From positions 56,854,001 through 56,918,000 of the forward strand of contig NW_027361684.1 in assembly GCF_039654945.1 (NCBI RefSeq): a stretch of 64,000 bases of DNA, written 5' to 3'. This document shows positions 34,163-48,354 of the stretch, one piece after another. A program made the position numbers and the translations under genes. Every line of letters begins with the position of its first letter. Position 1 is the first letter of the stretch. This DNA is from Dendrobates tinctorius (lineage: Eukaryota). The notes beneath the pieces were generated by a model. The model saw only the letters and a program-made list of their open reading frames with translations, made no database searches and was not told the origin of the DNA.

Positions 34163-34875
34163 GCAAAGGGTCTGAATACTTATGACCATGTGATATCAGT
34201 TTTTCTTTAATAAATTTTCTAAAATGTCTATATTTCTGCTTCTTTCAGTCACGATGGGGTGCAGAGTGTACATTAATGAGAAAAATAATGATTTTTTTGA
34301 ATTTACCAAATGGCTGCAATGAAACAGAGTGAAAAAGGGGTCTGAATACTTACCTTACCCACTGTATGTGAACTCCCTATAATACATTTTCACTTCTGCA
34401 TCAAAATTCTGGATCAATTTTATTTGCCATTGGGTATGTATTAAATTAGATTGTAAACAGACCCCATCCATAATTTTTCATTTTAGGGCGCAGAAAGACT
34501 GCCGTATTTCTCATGCAAGGATCACATCACACTCCTCGGCCTGACCGTCGGATTCCGGACCCGAGCATGGCAGCTGGACAGAAATACATCATGCTGTCAG
34601 GCTCAAGTCACGAGAGGTGATGGGCCAGTCCATGCATTGTGATGCGATCCTTGCATGAGAACTGCCGTTGTCTGTTTTTGTTACTTGTCTAGGTTACTGG
34701 CCAGTCCCGCAGCATTGGCCGAACATGCACAATGCTTATAAACTCTTTCCAAAAGAGCTTGTAAGTGCTGCTCTGAATCTGGCTGGGATCACCTGAGCGT
34801 GTTGTTAGCTCCAGATCCCAGCCAGCTTGCGTGCTAATGAAATCCTCCAATATTGCAGAGTCAAAGCTTCCTCAC

Positions 34876-35652
34876 TAGTGAAGAGTGAAAGTGCTCGGAT
34901 AACGTATTATCCGAGCGAGCTCTGGTGTTATCCAAACATCTTGGCTTGCTCGTATATTATGCTAGAGTCTCTGCGGCTGCATGATTTGTGGATGTTAGAC
35001 AGCCTAAACATATGTGGGGATTGGATGCTTATGTTCAATTTGTTTTAATTAATCAATTTTGAAAATACAAAAAAAAAAAAAAGAACATAACATACGACCA
35101 AATATATTATGATCAAATAAGTCACGCAGGACTTAACAAACCTTGCAATGACAACAATATTCATGCGGACAAATAAACAGGTCGCTCAACATTGCAGCTG
35201 CAAAAAAGAAACTACGGTACCTAAATTTTAATATCAGCAAATGAAAAATTATTCTGAAAATTCCAACATAGAGGTTAGAAAGGGAATTTTTTTTTTTAAT
35301 AAATATATTTTTTTTTTAGGGAGGGTGGGAGGATTAGGAGGGAGAAAAGGGATGAAACGGGGGGGGGGGGGGTAACAAGGAGAAATGGTATGGAAAAAGG
35401 GAGGGAGGGAGAGATGAGGGAAATGAAGCGACAAGCAAACATCAACAACCCAGAAACACTTCACGAGAGACCGACCGATCTATTGGGATAGTTTATAAAA
35501 ATCCAAGAAAAATTGTAAAAGAACACACACTGGTGCTCCTGGGTTGACTGAAATTAGTAGCTGCAAGTGAATACACGAGCACGGCCAGATACTCGGATAA
35601 CGCCAGAGCGCGCTCGGATAAGACGTTATCTCAGCACGTTCGCTCATCACTA
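34876..35652. mobile_element. hAT MITE (same termini family as 21548-21831) with an internal foreign insertion
   Basis: TAGTGAAGAG...GCTCATCACTA termini, degenerate TSD TTCCTCAC/TTCCTTGC, and an unrelated purine-rich segment at about 35030-35560. Confidence 0.65.
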
Positions 35653-37053
35653 TTCCTTGCGTAACAGCATCGGAGAATGCACAGTATGAACTAGAGTTGT
35701 ACCGATGCCACTGGTCTGGACCACCAATCACATATGAGTCCCTGTTTCCCAGCAAGTAGATAGTCAGGAGGCTGGGGTGCGGTGTGCTCCTGATTAAGTA
35801 CATGGTACAACCCCATTAATACATTCTTGCAATCATTTATTCTTCTATTTTTTCGCATGCACACTTCAAAAATACTGATGCAAAATACTGCAGTGTGAAA
35901 GTGTCCCAAGGGAAGCCCCTTAAATAATCTGGTTCTTATTTTTTTTTTTTCGAAAGTTTAGGTTGTGCTCTGCAGTATGGCCTAAAACCCATGTGCCCTC
36001 ACTTCTAGTCAACGAGGCTGAGTGATTATCATAAAATGCCTCCGGGAGAAACAACGTCGTGGAGAAAAGTATTGTTCTGAATAAAATGTAATGTATACAT
36101 ATCTGTGGGGAATCCTGAGGACAAAGTCCATTTAGGACAGTAGGTCATAAATACAGGCACAAGGTAATAAAGGCATCCCGAAACATGAGTATTAGGTCTA
36201 TTCTTAAAGATGTGCAAGACAAGATGAAACATACTGGTGGATAAATTGCCGCTAAGGGAGCTGGTTATTTATAGATCAAAGTCAGTGACTTCAAATGTTC
36301 TCCGAGTAAAGCAATCCGGTCCTACAGTCGAAGAAAAGGAAAATGTGGCTTTTCACATAGTCTTATACAGTAAAGTCATTTCTGAAAGTTTAGTTCCACT
36401 AACATGCTTCTCGCATTATTACCTGCCGGCTTTCATCACCACATCACTCGGAAACCGCTCTCCAGCACCACCACCAGAGACGACCATCAATGTGCCCCTT
36501 ACGGTCTTAACACAAAACACCATTAAAAATCATTGAATGTCGCGTCTACTTCCCAAGTCTTTAATAATAATAATAAAATAGTGACATCTTTTATTGCTCG
36601 TAATAAAAGTTTCTATTATTATACTGCCCATACAAGGCAGCGCTCTATTCATTTTATAGTCTTCGGTTATATCCTATAAATATCATCCGGTGACATTTTG
36701 CTTCCCAGGAAGTTAAAATTGCCGCTTCTATCTATATGCATTAAAACAAAGGTTGCTATGGTAACTGGTGGAAATTCATGTAATGAAAATAAGCTTTGAA
36801 TCTCTAATGATGTCAGGCAGCCATATAGGTATGACTTCATGGCTTAAATGCTGCTATATACCCTTTCAGAGACATAAACGTGTGAGGCAGCTGTGAGGAA
36901 AAAAAAAAAAAAACACATTTTATTTCGCAATTTCGTTTTATTAGGTTCTGAAGGAGATGCAGCTATTAAAAAAAAAAAGTTTTGTTCAGTAATATAAAAA
37001 CATACATAAAAACAACTAAATAACAAAAATAGTCCAAAAGAGGACTGGCTTAA

Positions 37054-39779
37054 AGGGAACCTGTTACCAGGTTTGGCCAATATGAGATACGGCCATCACC
37101 TTTCAGGGCTGATATACAGCATTCTATAAGGGCAGTTTCACACGTCAGTGGCACGTGTAGTGACAGTTTTCTCACGTACCGGAGACATTGACACATGTAG
37201 ACCCATTCAAATGAATGGGTCTATGCAGATGTCAGCGGGTTTTCACGGGCTGTGTGTCCGTGTGCAAAACACGCTGACAAGTCCGTTTTAACACAGACAC
37301 ATGACCCGCAACACGTGCTGCTCACGTGCACACGGAGAACTGTTCACACAGTCCTCCGTGCTCACAGACAGCCGCCGGGAAGAAGCGGCTACTTTAAGCG
37401 CTGTTCCTGGCGGCTGTGGTGCTGACCGCGGCTGTAATTCTTCTCTCCTGCTCTGCCGGCAGGAGAGAAGAATGAATGAAATCCCGACGTGGGGTCTCCC
37501 GCATTTTTTGAACCAACCAGACAAAACTTACAGCTGGGGGCTGCATCCCTCAGCTGTCAGCTTCAGCCAGGTTGGTTGTAAAAATAGAGGGGTCCCCACG
37601 CTGTTTTTTTTAATTATTTAAATAAATAATTTAAAAAAACGGCGTGGGGTCCCCCCTATTTTTGACAACCAACCTGACTAAAGCCGACAGCTAAGGGCTT
37701 ATATTCTCAGGCTGGTAAGGGGCCATTGATCATGACCCCCCCAGCTTAAAAACAGCAGCACCCAGCTGCCCAGAAAAGGCACATCTATTAGATGCGAGTA
37801 ATCTGGAGCTTTGTCCAGTTCTTCCCACTTGCCCTGTAGCGGTGGCAAGTGGGGTAATAAGGGGTCAATGGCACTTTTCGATTATAAGGTGCCATTAAGC
37901 CCGGATTAGTAATGGAGAGGTGTCAATAAGATACCGATCCATTACTAATCCTACAGTAAAGAAAGGGTTAAACACACTCACACAATAAGATTAAATTATT
38001 TTAATGAAAAAATACAACACACACACTTTTATTATTTTTATTATACTGGTAATTCCTTAGCGAAGCCCTCGTTCTTCTGAAAAAAAAAAAAAGAGGTGAC
38101 CATAATAAAACAAATCTATACATCACCTGTCCGGCGCTCAGTCACGTTCCACAATGTAAATCCATCTCGGGGGTTAATATATTTACAGTTGGAGCGCTGC
38201 TAATACAGCCACTGCCGACTGTAAATGACTGGGGAATGAATGGAGCAGCCGGCGCCTGCTCAGTAACTAGCGGTGACGTCACCACTCATCACTGAGTGCA
38301 CTCAGCTCCATTCATTCCCCAGACAGTTACAGTCGGCAGCGGCTGTATTAGCAGCGCTCCGGCTGTAAATATATTAACCCCCAAGATGGATTTACGCCGT
38401 GGGACGTGACTGAGCGCCGGACAGGTAATGTATATTGTTGGTTTTATTATGTTCACCTTTTTTTTTTTCAGAATAACGAGGGCTTCGCTAAGGAATTACT
38501 ACTATAATAAAGGTAATAAAAATGTGTGTGTTGCATTTTTTCATTAAAATAATTTATTCTTATTGTGCAAGTGTGTTTATTGAACCCTTTCTTTATTGTA
38601 GGATTAGTAATGGATCGGTGTCTTATTGACACCTCTACATTACTAATCCGGGCTTAATGGCACCTTATAATAGAAAGGTGCCATTAACCCCTCACTACCC
38701 CACTTGCCACCGCTACGTTTTTAGGGTGGGGGGGGCAAGATCAATGGCCCCTTACCAGCCTGAGAATATCAGCCCTCAGCTGTCTGCTTTAGTCAGGTTG
38801 GTTGTCAAATATAGGAGGGACCCCACGCCAGTTTTTTAAATTATTTATTTAAATAATTAAAGAAACAGCGTGGGGACCCCTCTATTCTTCACAACCAACC
38901 TGGCTGAAGCTGACAGCTGAGGGCTGCAGTCCCCAGCTGTAGGTTTCGTCTGGTTGGTTATGAAAATGAGGGAAAACCCACGTCAGGTTTTCATTCATTC
39001 TGCTCTCCTGCCGGCAAAGCAGGAGAGAAGAATCCCAGCCGTGTTCAGCACCAGCCGCCGGGAACAGTGCTTACTGTAGCGCTTCTTCCCAGCGGCGTCC
39101 TTGTGGTCCTGATGCGGCACACGGTTGCCACACGGAGGCACCACATGGACACGGATAGCTCCGGTACTGGTTTTTCCGGTACCAGAATTATCTGGACGTG
39201 TGAAACCGCCCTAATGAATGCTGTATATCTGCCCCCAACCTGACCTGCAAAACAAGAAAAAGAGCATTTATTCTACTCACCTGTGGGGCCGTCCGGTCCG
39301 AGGGGTGTCGCTGGTCTTGGTCCGGCGCCTCCCATCTGCTTACAATCGCTGTCCTCCTTCTTGCTTAATGTTGATGAGGCGTCCACACAGTGTCCCTGCC
39401 ATCACCCTCCTGCGCAGGCGTACTTCTCAAACAGCTACTGGCGCATGCTCACTGCAGTACTTTTCTCTGCCCTCAACAGGGCACAGAAGTATGCCTGCGC
39501 AGGAGGGCAATGCCAGGGACACTATGTGAATGACGTACGGACTCGCCATCCACACAAAGCAAGAAGGAGGATGGCATCGCAAGAAGATGGGAGGCGCTGG
39601 ACCAAGAAGAGCGACACCCATCAGACTGAACCGCCCCGCAGGTGAGTATAATAAAAGTTATTCTTCAGTTGTTCTAGGTCTGGTTGGGGGCAGATATTCA
39701 GCATTATAAAATGCTGTATATAAGGGTTGAAAGGCAGAGGCAGCATCTCATATCGGCCAAACCTGGTGACAGGTTCGCT
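37054..39779. mobile_element. T2/Kolobok-type MITE (TTAA TSD) hosting a 2.1-kb fold-back element
   Basis: TTAA|AGGGAACCTGTTACCAGGTTTGGCC ... GGCCAAACCTGGTGACAGGTTCGCT|TTAA. Confidence 0.85.
37130..39211. mobile_element. 2.1-kb Harbinger-type non-autonomous fold-back element
   Basis: TAA TSD on both sides, TIR GGGCAGTTTCACACGTC / GACGTGTGAAACCGCCC, and about 850-bp internal inverted arms around about 38270. Confidence 0.85.
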
Positions 39780-39783
39780 TTAA

Positions 39784-40669
39784 CCCATTCAAGACCAGGC
39801 CATTTACCACTGTTTCGGACTGGGCACATTGTCAGGTTTTTTCGTACGTGCACTTTATTGAGCTGTAAAAAATGTGCTTATTCGGATATTCAAGTGATTT
39901 TTTTTGTCTTTTTTTCAATGTACATCAGGTGTCAATTATAGGTCACTGTAATATTCTCAATTTTTTTTTTCCTTGCTAATATCAGGCGACATCAGTGGAA
40001 AAAATAAGGGAAACAAGTGTCTGTTTTACCCTTTTATTATTTATTTTGTATGATCACGCAGGACCACTAACATACATTACACAATTTGTTCCCCATTCTG
40101 TAATAATTATTTTTACATAGGACACTTTTTTTATGGGGGCAGCATTATTGGATAGACAGTGACATTTTTATGAAATTCAATTTATTTTTACCTGACATTT
40201 TGTTTAATTTATTTTCTCATCTTATTTTTCATTAATTGTACACATTGTGCCCCCCATAGAGCCATAAAAGACCTTTGGGGGGGGCATTCCAATATTTAAT
40301 TTTTTTTAATTTCAATCCTTATTTCCGTGTATATTAGGCCCAGTTACAATTCAAATGCAACCTCATGGCTGCATAGCAGAGCTCTCCGAATCTCCTAAGA
40401 GCCAGCAGCTCCTGCTGCCTCCCTATAAACAGCGATCACATAACCGATATGTATGGAGAAGGAAGCGTCATCAGTGCTTCCCATTACTGTGTGCATGGTG
40501 CACCTTTAGCACTGTGTGTACAGCAATAGAGAAGGCACAGACGGTAATTAGCCATCACTGCCTTCACTATGGGCACTTCGGCTACTATACAATGACATTT
40601 TAGAATGTCACTACAGTGTAGGAACCAGATCCCCTTGACGTTTAACGTCTATGGCCAGCCCTGAAGCTG
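39784..40669. mobile_element. Degenerate TTAA-flanked (piggyBac-like) non-autonomous element
   Basis: TTAA|CCCATTCA start sharing the TTAA of the neighbouring MITE. The GACG...CGTC...GTTAA end resembles the 1-2262 element. TIR match is weak. Confidence 0.4.
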
Positions 40670-41285
40670 TTAAATAATAACCATGGTTTGAGTTTTTATT
40701 TAAAAAAAATCAATAGTACACATAAAACATATTACAAAGTTTCTTATTTTTATTAGAGAAATCTGCCTCTTTCTCCTCCTATACTGATCTTTCACTCTCA
40801 ATTCATAGGTAATATCTGTGTTCAGTGAAGACTGATTTTTCCATTACTAAGATCGGAGATGGCAGGTGGTGCTTTTAAAATTCTATGGTGGAGAGTGGAA
40901 TGAGGAAAAAGAGGCAGACCATTTTGCTGCAAGTTCTCTTGAAACCACAGTTACAGTTCTAATTAGAACTTTATGAGCTTCAACCTCAGTAGTAATGGGA
41001 AAGCGTATTCGGTAAATACACATTTTTACCCGTGAATTGAGAATTTAAAGCACCACTCCAACATTTTTTGTTTTTTTTTCACCACTGGAGTGATGCTGTA
41101 AACACAAGTCCCTAGTCCCCCAGTCATATACTCACCCACTGGCTTTTCACCGTTTTTTCGGCACCATTTCATGAGCGCAGCTTCGGAGTGGCCGGCATGG
41201 AGACGTTATGTCACAAAGTCTCAATGAAAATATATGAGAGCCAGAGTGAGGCCAGAATGAATCTCTCATTGACTTAAATTGGTTA

Positions 41286-41772
41286 GGCCTGATTAACACA
41301 TCAGTTTTTTTCGTCAGTTAAAATCCGCTAAAATGGCGGACAACGGATCCGTTCTTGTACTGACCACAACGTTTGGCACCGGACCGTTGTTTTGACGGAT
41401 CAGGCGAAGGGAGAATTTTAAATGAACCGCTTCCCCGGGGGGGGGGGGGGGGGGGGGGCATTGGGGTGGGGGGGAGAGAGAGAGAGATAAATTTCCAAAC
41501 ACAGGCATTTCTCCCGGGCATGCGCAATAGAAAATGCGGATCCGGCCGGAGAAAAAAACATTTCATTGTCCGTCCTGCCCGCTTAGTGGACGGCAAAATC
41601 TTGTTGGATCCGTAAAATAACGGATCGAACGGAAGACCATCCGTCAAGATCCGCCGTTAATACAAGTCAATGGGGAAAAAAACAGATCCGCCAACAAAAA
41701 TGCCAGATCCGTTTTTTTTGCAAAACGGCGGATTTTGACTGATGGGGAAAAAACGGATGTGTGAAACAGGCC
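41286..41772. mobile_element. Harbinger-type MITE nested in an older T2-like remnant (about 41046-41960)
   Basis: TTA|GGCCTGATTAACACATC ... GATGTGTGAAACAGGCC|TTA, with a long poly-G run inside. Confidence 0.75.
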
Positions 41773-42463
41773 TTAGTGACCTCCACCTCGCTCCATGAAA
41801 CACTGGAGCTGCCGGCAGGTCACAAACTGGAGGGGACGGACTAGAGTGGCAGGAAAAACAGATGAAAATGCTGGAAGGTGAGTATCAGACAGGGGCAGGG
41901 GACTTGAATTTTAAGCACCATTCCAGAGGTGAAATTTAGAAAAAATGATGGAGTGGTGCTGAGGAGAAAGAAGCAGATTTATATGATATAGATATATTAC
42001 AAAGTTTCTTTTTTTACATTTTTGCATATTATGAAGTTCTGAAAAAATTAAAACGCAATGACTTTTTAAATCAAGAAGTACGTATGAATACCAGAAGACC
42101 ATATGCATGAAGCTGCTGAAGAATAATCAAATATACAATGGCACAGAAATTCTATCAAGGGATTTCGACCCTGCCAAATGAAGTTTTCCATGAAAGTCTG
42201 GCACGGCGTTCAGATCTTGCTGCTTCCACAGCTGAAGTTACATGGCCATCTGTTATTATACTACTGTATGTGCTGCCTGTATTCATAAGTAGGTGGGAAC
42301 CTCAGCCTACATATTTTTGAAGAACTTAAGCCTCAGCAGAACAGACAACATGGATAATATAATGTACAGTTTAAAAATGTGGTTTTGGTTAAATTCATAC
42401 ATTTTTTTTTCACTGTAAATGAAATCACTCCCCAGCCCTATTGACTCCTTATCCCAAGAAAAT

Positions 42464-43294
42464 TGTTACACCTGGTCCCCGTCCTGGCGCTGCGCCCAGG
42501 TCTGCCACTCTTACACCTGGCGCTGCATCCAGGCCTGCCACTGCCTCCTGTTCTGGGCACTCACCTCGAGCCTCTCATGCTGCTGCTCAGAATTCTGGCC
42601 TTCCTCCTGCCTCCTCCTCCTCCTCTTGGCATCCTGTGAGGAGATCTGTAGCTAAGGCTATTAGGGCACGCCCACTCTCTTGCCTTCTTAAAGGGGCGGC
42701 GTGCATTATTCAAAAAATGCAATTAACCAATGGCAGGGCACTGGCTGCTATTTCTGGCCTCTCCGCCATAGGGAGAGCGCCGGAGCAATGAGTATCCATC
42801 ATTGCTACAGCCAGTTCTCTTGCTAACCTGTCTGCGCTGCATCTGCAGTCTCTGTGCATTGTCTAATGCTCTCTGTCTCCACAGCATATCAGTATCCTGT
42901 GTTACATCGTTATATCTGCAACCATCTGGGCCTAAGCCATCCCGTTCTGCCAACAGCCATCCGAGTCCAAGGACTGTGTGAAGGTCACTGGAACCAACTC
43001 CTTTCCAACTACCCGGATCCAGGACCCATCTCATTACGGACTCTGCTGTAACTTTTGTTATCTCTTTTGGTCCCGCTGGGACAGCTGCCACGTGTTTGGG
43101 GTCTAACTGGAGGTAGCACCTGTGTCCTCCGGGTATGCCATTCTGGCCCTGTCTGAGGGGCTTTACTACGGGCACCCGGGGCTCACTAGTCACGCCCCCT
43201 TCGGAGCCCCCCGGACCGTGGTCCCGAGGTTCCACTTAAAAAATAAAAACGAATGTGAACTTCACTATCTCTGCCTCCGCTTCCATTCGTTACA
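42464..43294. mobile_element. Probable solo LTR or LTR remnant
   Basis: TGTTAC...GTTACA ends, near-TSD AAAAT/CAAAT, GC-richer than its flanks. Confidence 0.4.
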
Positions 43295-43715
43295 CAAATA
43301 ACAGGTGAGGAGGTCAAGGTGCCCTCCATTTAAGCTTGTGGGAGTTATCAGGTAGTTGATCCAGCAGTTCTATTGGCCACACTCATGCTTGCCCACCTCA
43401 TCTCATTTTTTTTGTCTATAAGATGAATACTCAACCACTTTAGTAACATCAAAAGATTTCTAATGTAAAAAGACGACAACCCCAAAATTTCAGTCATGTC
43501 CTCGATCCTTTGCCTCACTATTGCTTATAGGGCTACAAGACACCTGGCTGCAGAAGTAGCCTTGCCCCTCTACCTTGTCTGAAGTAGGACAAACAGATCA
43601 TCATTTTCATTTCTTTGTGGTTTTTCACTTCCCTTATTCCAAGATCCACAATGCTTTTTTTTTTTTTTTTTTCCCCAACAACATATGAAGGTTTGTTTCT
43701 TTTGTGAGACAAGTT

Positions 43716-44086
43716 AGGGTATATTCCCACGGTCAGCAAACGCTGCGGGTTGGTCGATGCATACATCCGCAGTGTCCAGATGTTCCAGCATAGTGGATGG
43801 GATTTCAAGTAACCCCATGCCCACTATGCGTGCACTGGCACCCGCGCCTTCCCGGGGGAGACGGACATGCGGCGTGTCTTTCCAGACCGCATGTCTAGTT
43901 ATCTTGCGGAGACGTGAGTCTCCGCAAGATAAATATTACCAGGGCAATGTATAGGACACGATGATTCCGCACGGTTCAATGAACACATGCGGAATCACCT
44001 GCATTCAGAAGTCGGCAGCGCTTTGGATGTAGCGGACATGTGCTGAGTTCAAAGTGCTGCCAGTTACTGACAGTGTGGACATAGCC
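43716..44086. mobile_element. Harbinger-type MITE
   Basis: TTA|GGGTATATTCCCAC ... GTGGACATAGCC|TTA. Confidence 0.65.
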
Positions 44087-46817
44087 TTATAGTTTTGATA
44101 GACACCATTTATTTAACCATACAATTAACTGAAAAAAGGGAAATAAAATGGTAAGTGGGATGGAATTGTGAAAAGATGTAATTCCGCCACTATTTTTTGA
44201 GGTTGAAAGTAAAATTTTCCAGGTCAGTATGATTTTGGTGATGACAAACTTGCATTGCTATTTTTTCATTTAAGTGGTGGAAAAAATTACAAAAGTTTGT
44301 AAGAAAAAAAAAAATTTGGTTTGTTCTCCATTTTCCAAGAACTGTAACATTTTTATTCTTCTATTGATGAAGCTATAGGAGGGCTCAAATTTTGCCTTGT
44401 GATCTTACAGACTTATTATTACATATGGATACAGATGATTTGATCACATTGTATGGTATTTTTAGGGAGGTATGGCGACCAATAAAAACACACTGGAGTT
44501 TTTATTTCTTTTTCGCTTTACGTCATGTACCCTACAGGTTAGTAAATAGTATTGTATATTTTGAGAGCCTGGGCTTCTACCGAAGTGCCAATACCAACTA
44601 CGATTATTTTTTATTTATTTATTTTCAAAGGGAAAAGAAGGGGATAATTAGTATTTTCATATTTTTGTATTAATTTTAAAATCTTTTTATTCTTCATGTT
44701 TTCTTAAGTGACTTGACCATAAGATCCCTTGAAAGCTTGTGTACATACGGCTGCACTGTAGTATATACTCGCAGTGCATGCATCCTGTCGCTGCTCGCCA
44801 CAGGAGTTTGAAGTTAGCAGCCAAAGGGGCCTTCAGGAGATCCTCAGTTGCCATGGTAACCCATCAGTGCCCTGTAATTGTGTAAGGAGATGGACAAGGA
44901 AGAAGAGTCACACAGTTAATGCCTAAACGAGTGTCTGCAAGCGAGCATGGCCATCTGCTGATCGAAGATGATATGAAAAGAGAAAGCAGAGAGAATTACA
45001 TTAGCAGGAACTAAAGACTGAAATACCTGTTCCCTGAGGGAAAAGGTTGGAGGAGACATAAGGTCAGGTGATAGCTGTGGCGCAGTTAATATTTATAAAA
45101 GGCCCAGAAGGGCAGTGAAGGGGAGGAGTCAGCACCTTAACCTGTGGCAGGTCTGCCATGCTGCAGTAGAATTAACTTACAGTTGCCGATACAAGTGAGG
45201 TATACCTAGTAACCAGACCAGAGAGAGGAACAGAATAAAGGGATTTCCCACTACTCATACTGATCACCTATGCTTTTCATTTGAACAACAGAAGGTCTAA
45301 TGCAAGAAGGTGCTGAAGAACAATCAACATTGTACTTAAGATAGATCATCATAAACTATGATCAGTAGGGGTCCAACACCCGGAACCCACACTATTAGCT
45401 ATTATTACCCACGGTTGCCTATGCTCACCCTATTACCATCCCCTTGGCTAATCCCACCCTGCCCACTTACCTGTTCACCATCTGAAAATGTAAGAAAGAA
45501 GCAAGAAGTTAACCCCTGCATTCTCTATGATTTCTTTTTATTCCATGCAGAAGCAGTAATTAGACAATTAGTAACAGCGGTTTGCACTGGCGGACACAGA
45601 CAAGAGAGGCCCCTGTGCAAGAACAATATATGGGCCCTTTGCAGCCCAATAGCTCATCATAATGCACAGTTCCATATGCTTTGGAGGTGGTAGTGGCCCC
45701 CTACCTCCTGGCCCCTGTGAGGCCGCACAGGCTGCATCAATTATATCCGCCCCTGATGATTAGTGTACGATAGTATTCATTTATTTCTTTATGTACAGAT
45801 GTGAAACTCTGCCGTCGGTGCCCAGCATCGCTTTCTCATTTTGAGTCAAGTGATTGTCCCATTGTCCTTATTAGATGAACGTTAGTATTTCAGCTTTGGC
45901 TTTCTGTGACTTAAGAACAAGCAAAATAACAGGTATTTTTATAATTGCCCGACAAGGTCACTTTCCTGCAGATCTGTTACTTGCGTTGTTTTATTTGGGA
46001 AAGTTGTATGTCACAGTTGAAACGAAGCAAATTACTATTGCTTTTTCCTGTGGCCATTTACGTGGCTATTGTAAAAAATAAATATATCCTTTTTCTGACA
46101 TTTTCTGGTCTTACGGCAGGAACAGAAGCATTAAAAGCCATCAGACCTTTGTGACTCATCCACAGCTTCATCTTCCTTAGTTATTAGAGACCAGTGGAGA
46201 GTAATTGTTGTTCAATTTAGCCATACGGTCACGCCTATTGTACGGGTGATGGGTCCGAGAGTCTCATTCACCGAGGATGCAAGGATGGCACAACACAGGA
46301 ACATGGCTGTAATTAGGGGCCATGAGCCAGCTTTCTAAATACAGACCATTCAATCACACAACCCATATCTTCTCCTGATGGAAGACTTTATAACAGAGCA
46401 ATAATTTAATAAATATGGGACTGCATTTTACAACATTTGTACAGAAGAAAATACCAAATAGTTGAACTATTCCGTTTCATATTATAATCATAATCTTAGG
46501 GTATCTATAGCCAGAAACCGCCATATAAAAATACAATTTGTTAAGGTATCTGCACAGAATCTGTCTGATAAATTGCTATAAAAACCCCATAAAAAGAACA
46601 AAATGCACAACAACGTCAAAACAATATTGCTGTGCACTTGTCCCGTTTTATGTCACGTCTTTTAAAAGCTTTGGGTTTCGGAAATGCTGGAGCAGTTAAA
46701 GGAATATTCATTCTTCCACAGGGAAGTCATTCCTCTATGTACTTAAAGGGAACCTGTCATGTCCGCAAGTGCTACTGACCTGCAAATAATGGGTATGGGT
46801 AAGCTCACATTTTCTTG

Positions 46818-47050
46818 AAGAAAAGATCCAGCTATGAAGGATAATAAAATTCAAAAACTTTTATTCCAAATTCAGATAAAATACAAAAAACCCGACCGGG
46901 TTCTGAGTCTAAGAACACTTGTTCGAAAGGCGTCCAGTTCTCCCTGGCAACCTTTCCTCCAGTACCACCGGTTGGGTTTTTTGTATTTTATCTGAATTTG
47001 GAATAAATGTTTTTGGATTTTAATATCCTTCATAGCTAGATCTTTTCTTC
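46818..47050. repeat. Inverted-repeat remnant, Penelope-like
   Basis: About 80-bp AT-rich inverted arms with AATAAA. The spacer contains a CTGAGTCTAAGAACACTTGTTCGAAA hammerhead-like core. Confidence 0.45.
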
Positions 47051-47483
47051 AAGAATATTTGCTATGCACCGTCTCACAGGGACATGCTCCGTGCTCTGAA
47101 GGAATCAAGAGCATTTAAGGGGTGAGCTGAACATATCTCTCCATGCATGGGTAAGTTCACACTGGGCGTTTTTGCTGCATTTTTTTTCTGCAGCAAAATC
47201 TGATTTCTTGGCAGAAAAGAAGCTGCGTCAAAAACGCAAGTTTACGTGCGTTTTTTTCATGCAACTTTGTGTCACTTTGTGCATGGTAATAAAGTTAAGT
47301 TTAGTTAATATATCACAAATAAAAAACAAATATTACCTCCATGATTACGGTAGTTGGGAAACATTAATGTTCATCCTTCTATACCAAAACATGGCTAACA
47401 CCTCACTACATCCAGACACTACCTCACAAGAGTTCACTATCAGGTCACCTCACTACCTGACACTACCTCACAATAGCTTTTAA

Positions 47484-48354
47484 GGCTGTGTGCCCACGTT
47501 GCGTTATTTTAATCGTTTCTGCTGCTGCGGAAATGCTTAAAAAACGCTAACGAAACGCATCACATTGATTTTCAATGCAATTTGCAATTGCTGTGCCCAA
47601 CCTACGGAAAAATCCGCAGCATGTCCATTAATTTTGCGGAATCACAACAATTCCACCGCCATAGGACTGCATTGAAACGCTCACTTTACGCATGTGGCCA
47701 TGCCCACCATGCGAAAAGTGAGCGTTTCATGTGCGGATGGCACCCAAGTCCAGAGGAGAGGAGACTCTCCTCCATTCCCTGGGTACCATATTCCTGTAAA
47801 AAAATAGAATTAAAATAAAAATAGGGATATACTTACACTCTGTTGGCCCCCCGGAGTCCTCCCGACCCTCAGCGGCGCTGCTAGCAAGTTCCGTTCCCAG
47901 GGATGCATTGCGCGAATGACCTCTGTTGATGTAGCTGTCGTGTGACAGCTACGCCATCAGAGGTCATTCGCGCAATGCATCCCTGGGAACGGAACTTGCA
48001 GGCAGCGCCGCTGAGGGATGGGAGGACTCCGGGGGCCGACAGAGGGTAACTATATAAATATTTTTTATTATTTTTAACATTCTATCTTGTACTATTGATG
48101 CTGCATAGGCATCAATAGTAAAAAGTTGGTCACACTTGTCAAGCACTAAGTTTGACAAGTGAGACCAACCTGTGAATCACTTTTCCAAGCGACACTTCAA
48201 ATCTCTTGGAAAAGCACTAGCATTCTGCAAGCTGAAAACGCTTGTGTTTTGCGGGAAAACTCATGCGAATTCCTCATGCGTTTTACCCACGGTGGGGAGT
48301 TGCGGAAATGCTACGGACAATTCCCCAGCAGTCCTGCAATGTGGGCACATAGCC
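47484..48354. mobile_element. Harbinger-type MITE with internal palindrome
   Basis: TAA|GGCTGTGTGCCCAC ... GTGGGCACATAGCC, with internal arms at about 47830-48050. Flanked by CACTACCTCACAA-rich direct repeats. Confidence 0.7.

Larger units (their letters stand above)
32036..34364 (+). mobile_element. Tc1-family (IR/DR-type) transposon interrupted by a MITE
   Basis: TA|CAGTG...CACTG|TA ends and about 210-bp imperfect TIRs with repeated AGTATTCAGACCC. Confidence 0.92.

Noticed and set aside
36235-36321. Minus-strand coding exon with a strong acceptor
   Set aside because: Stops occur in all three frames; at most a non-coding exon.
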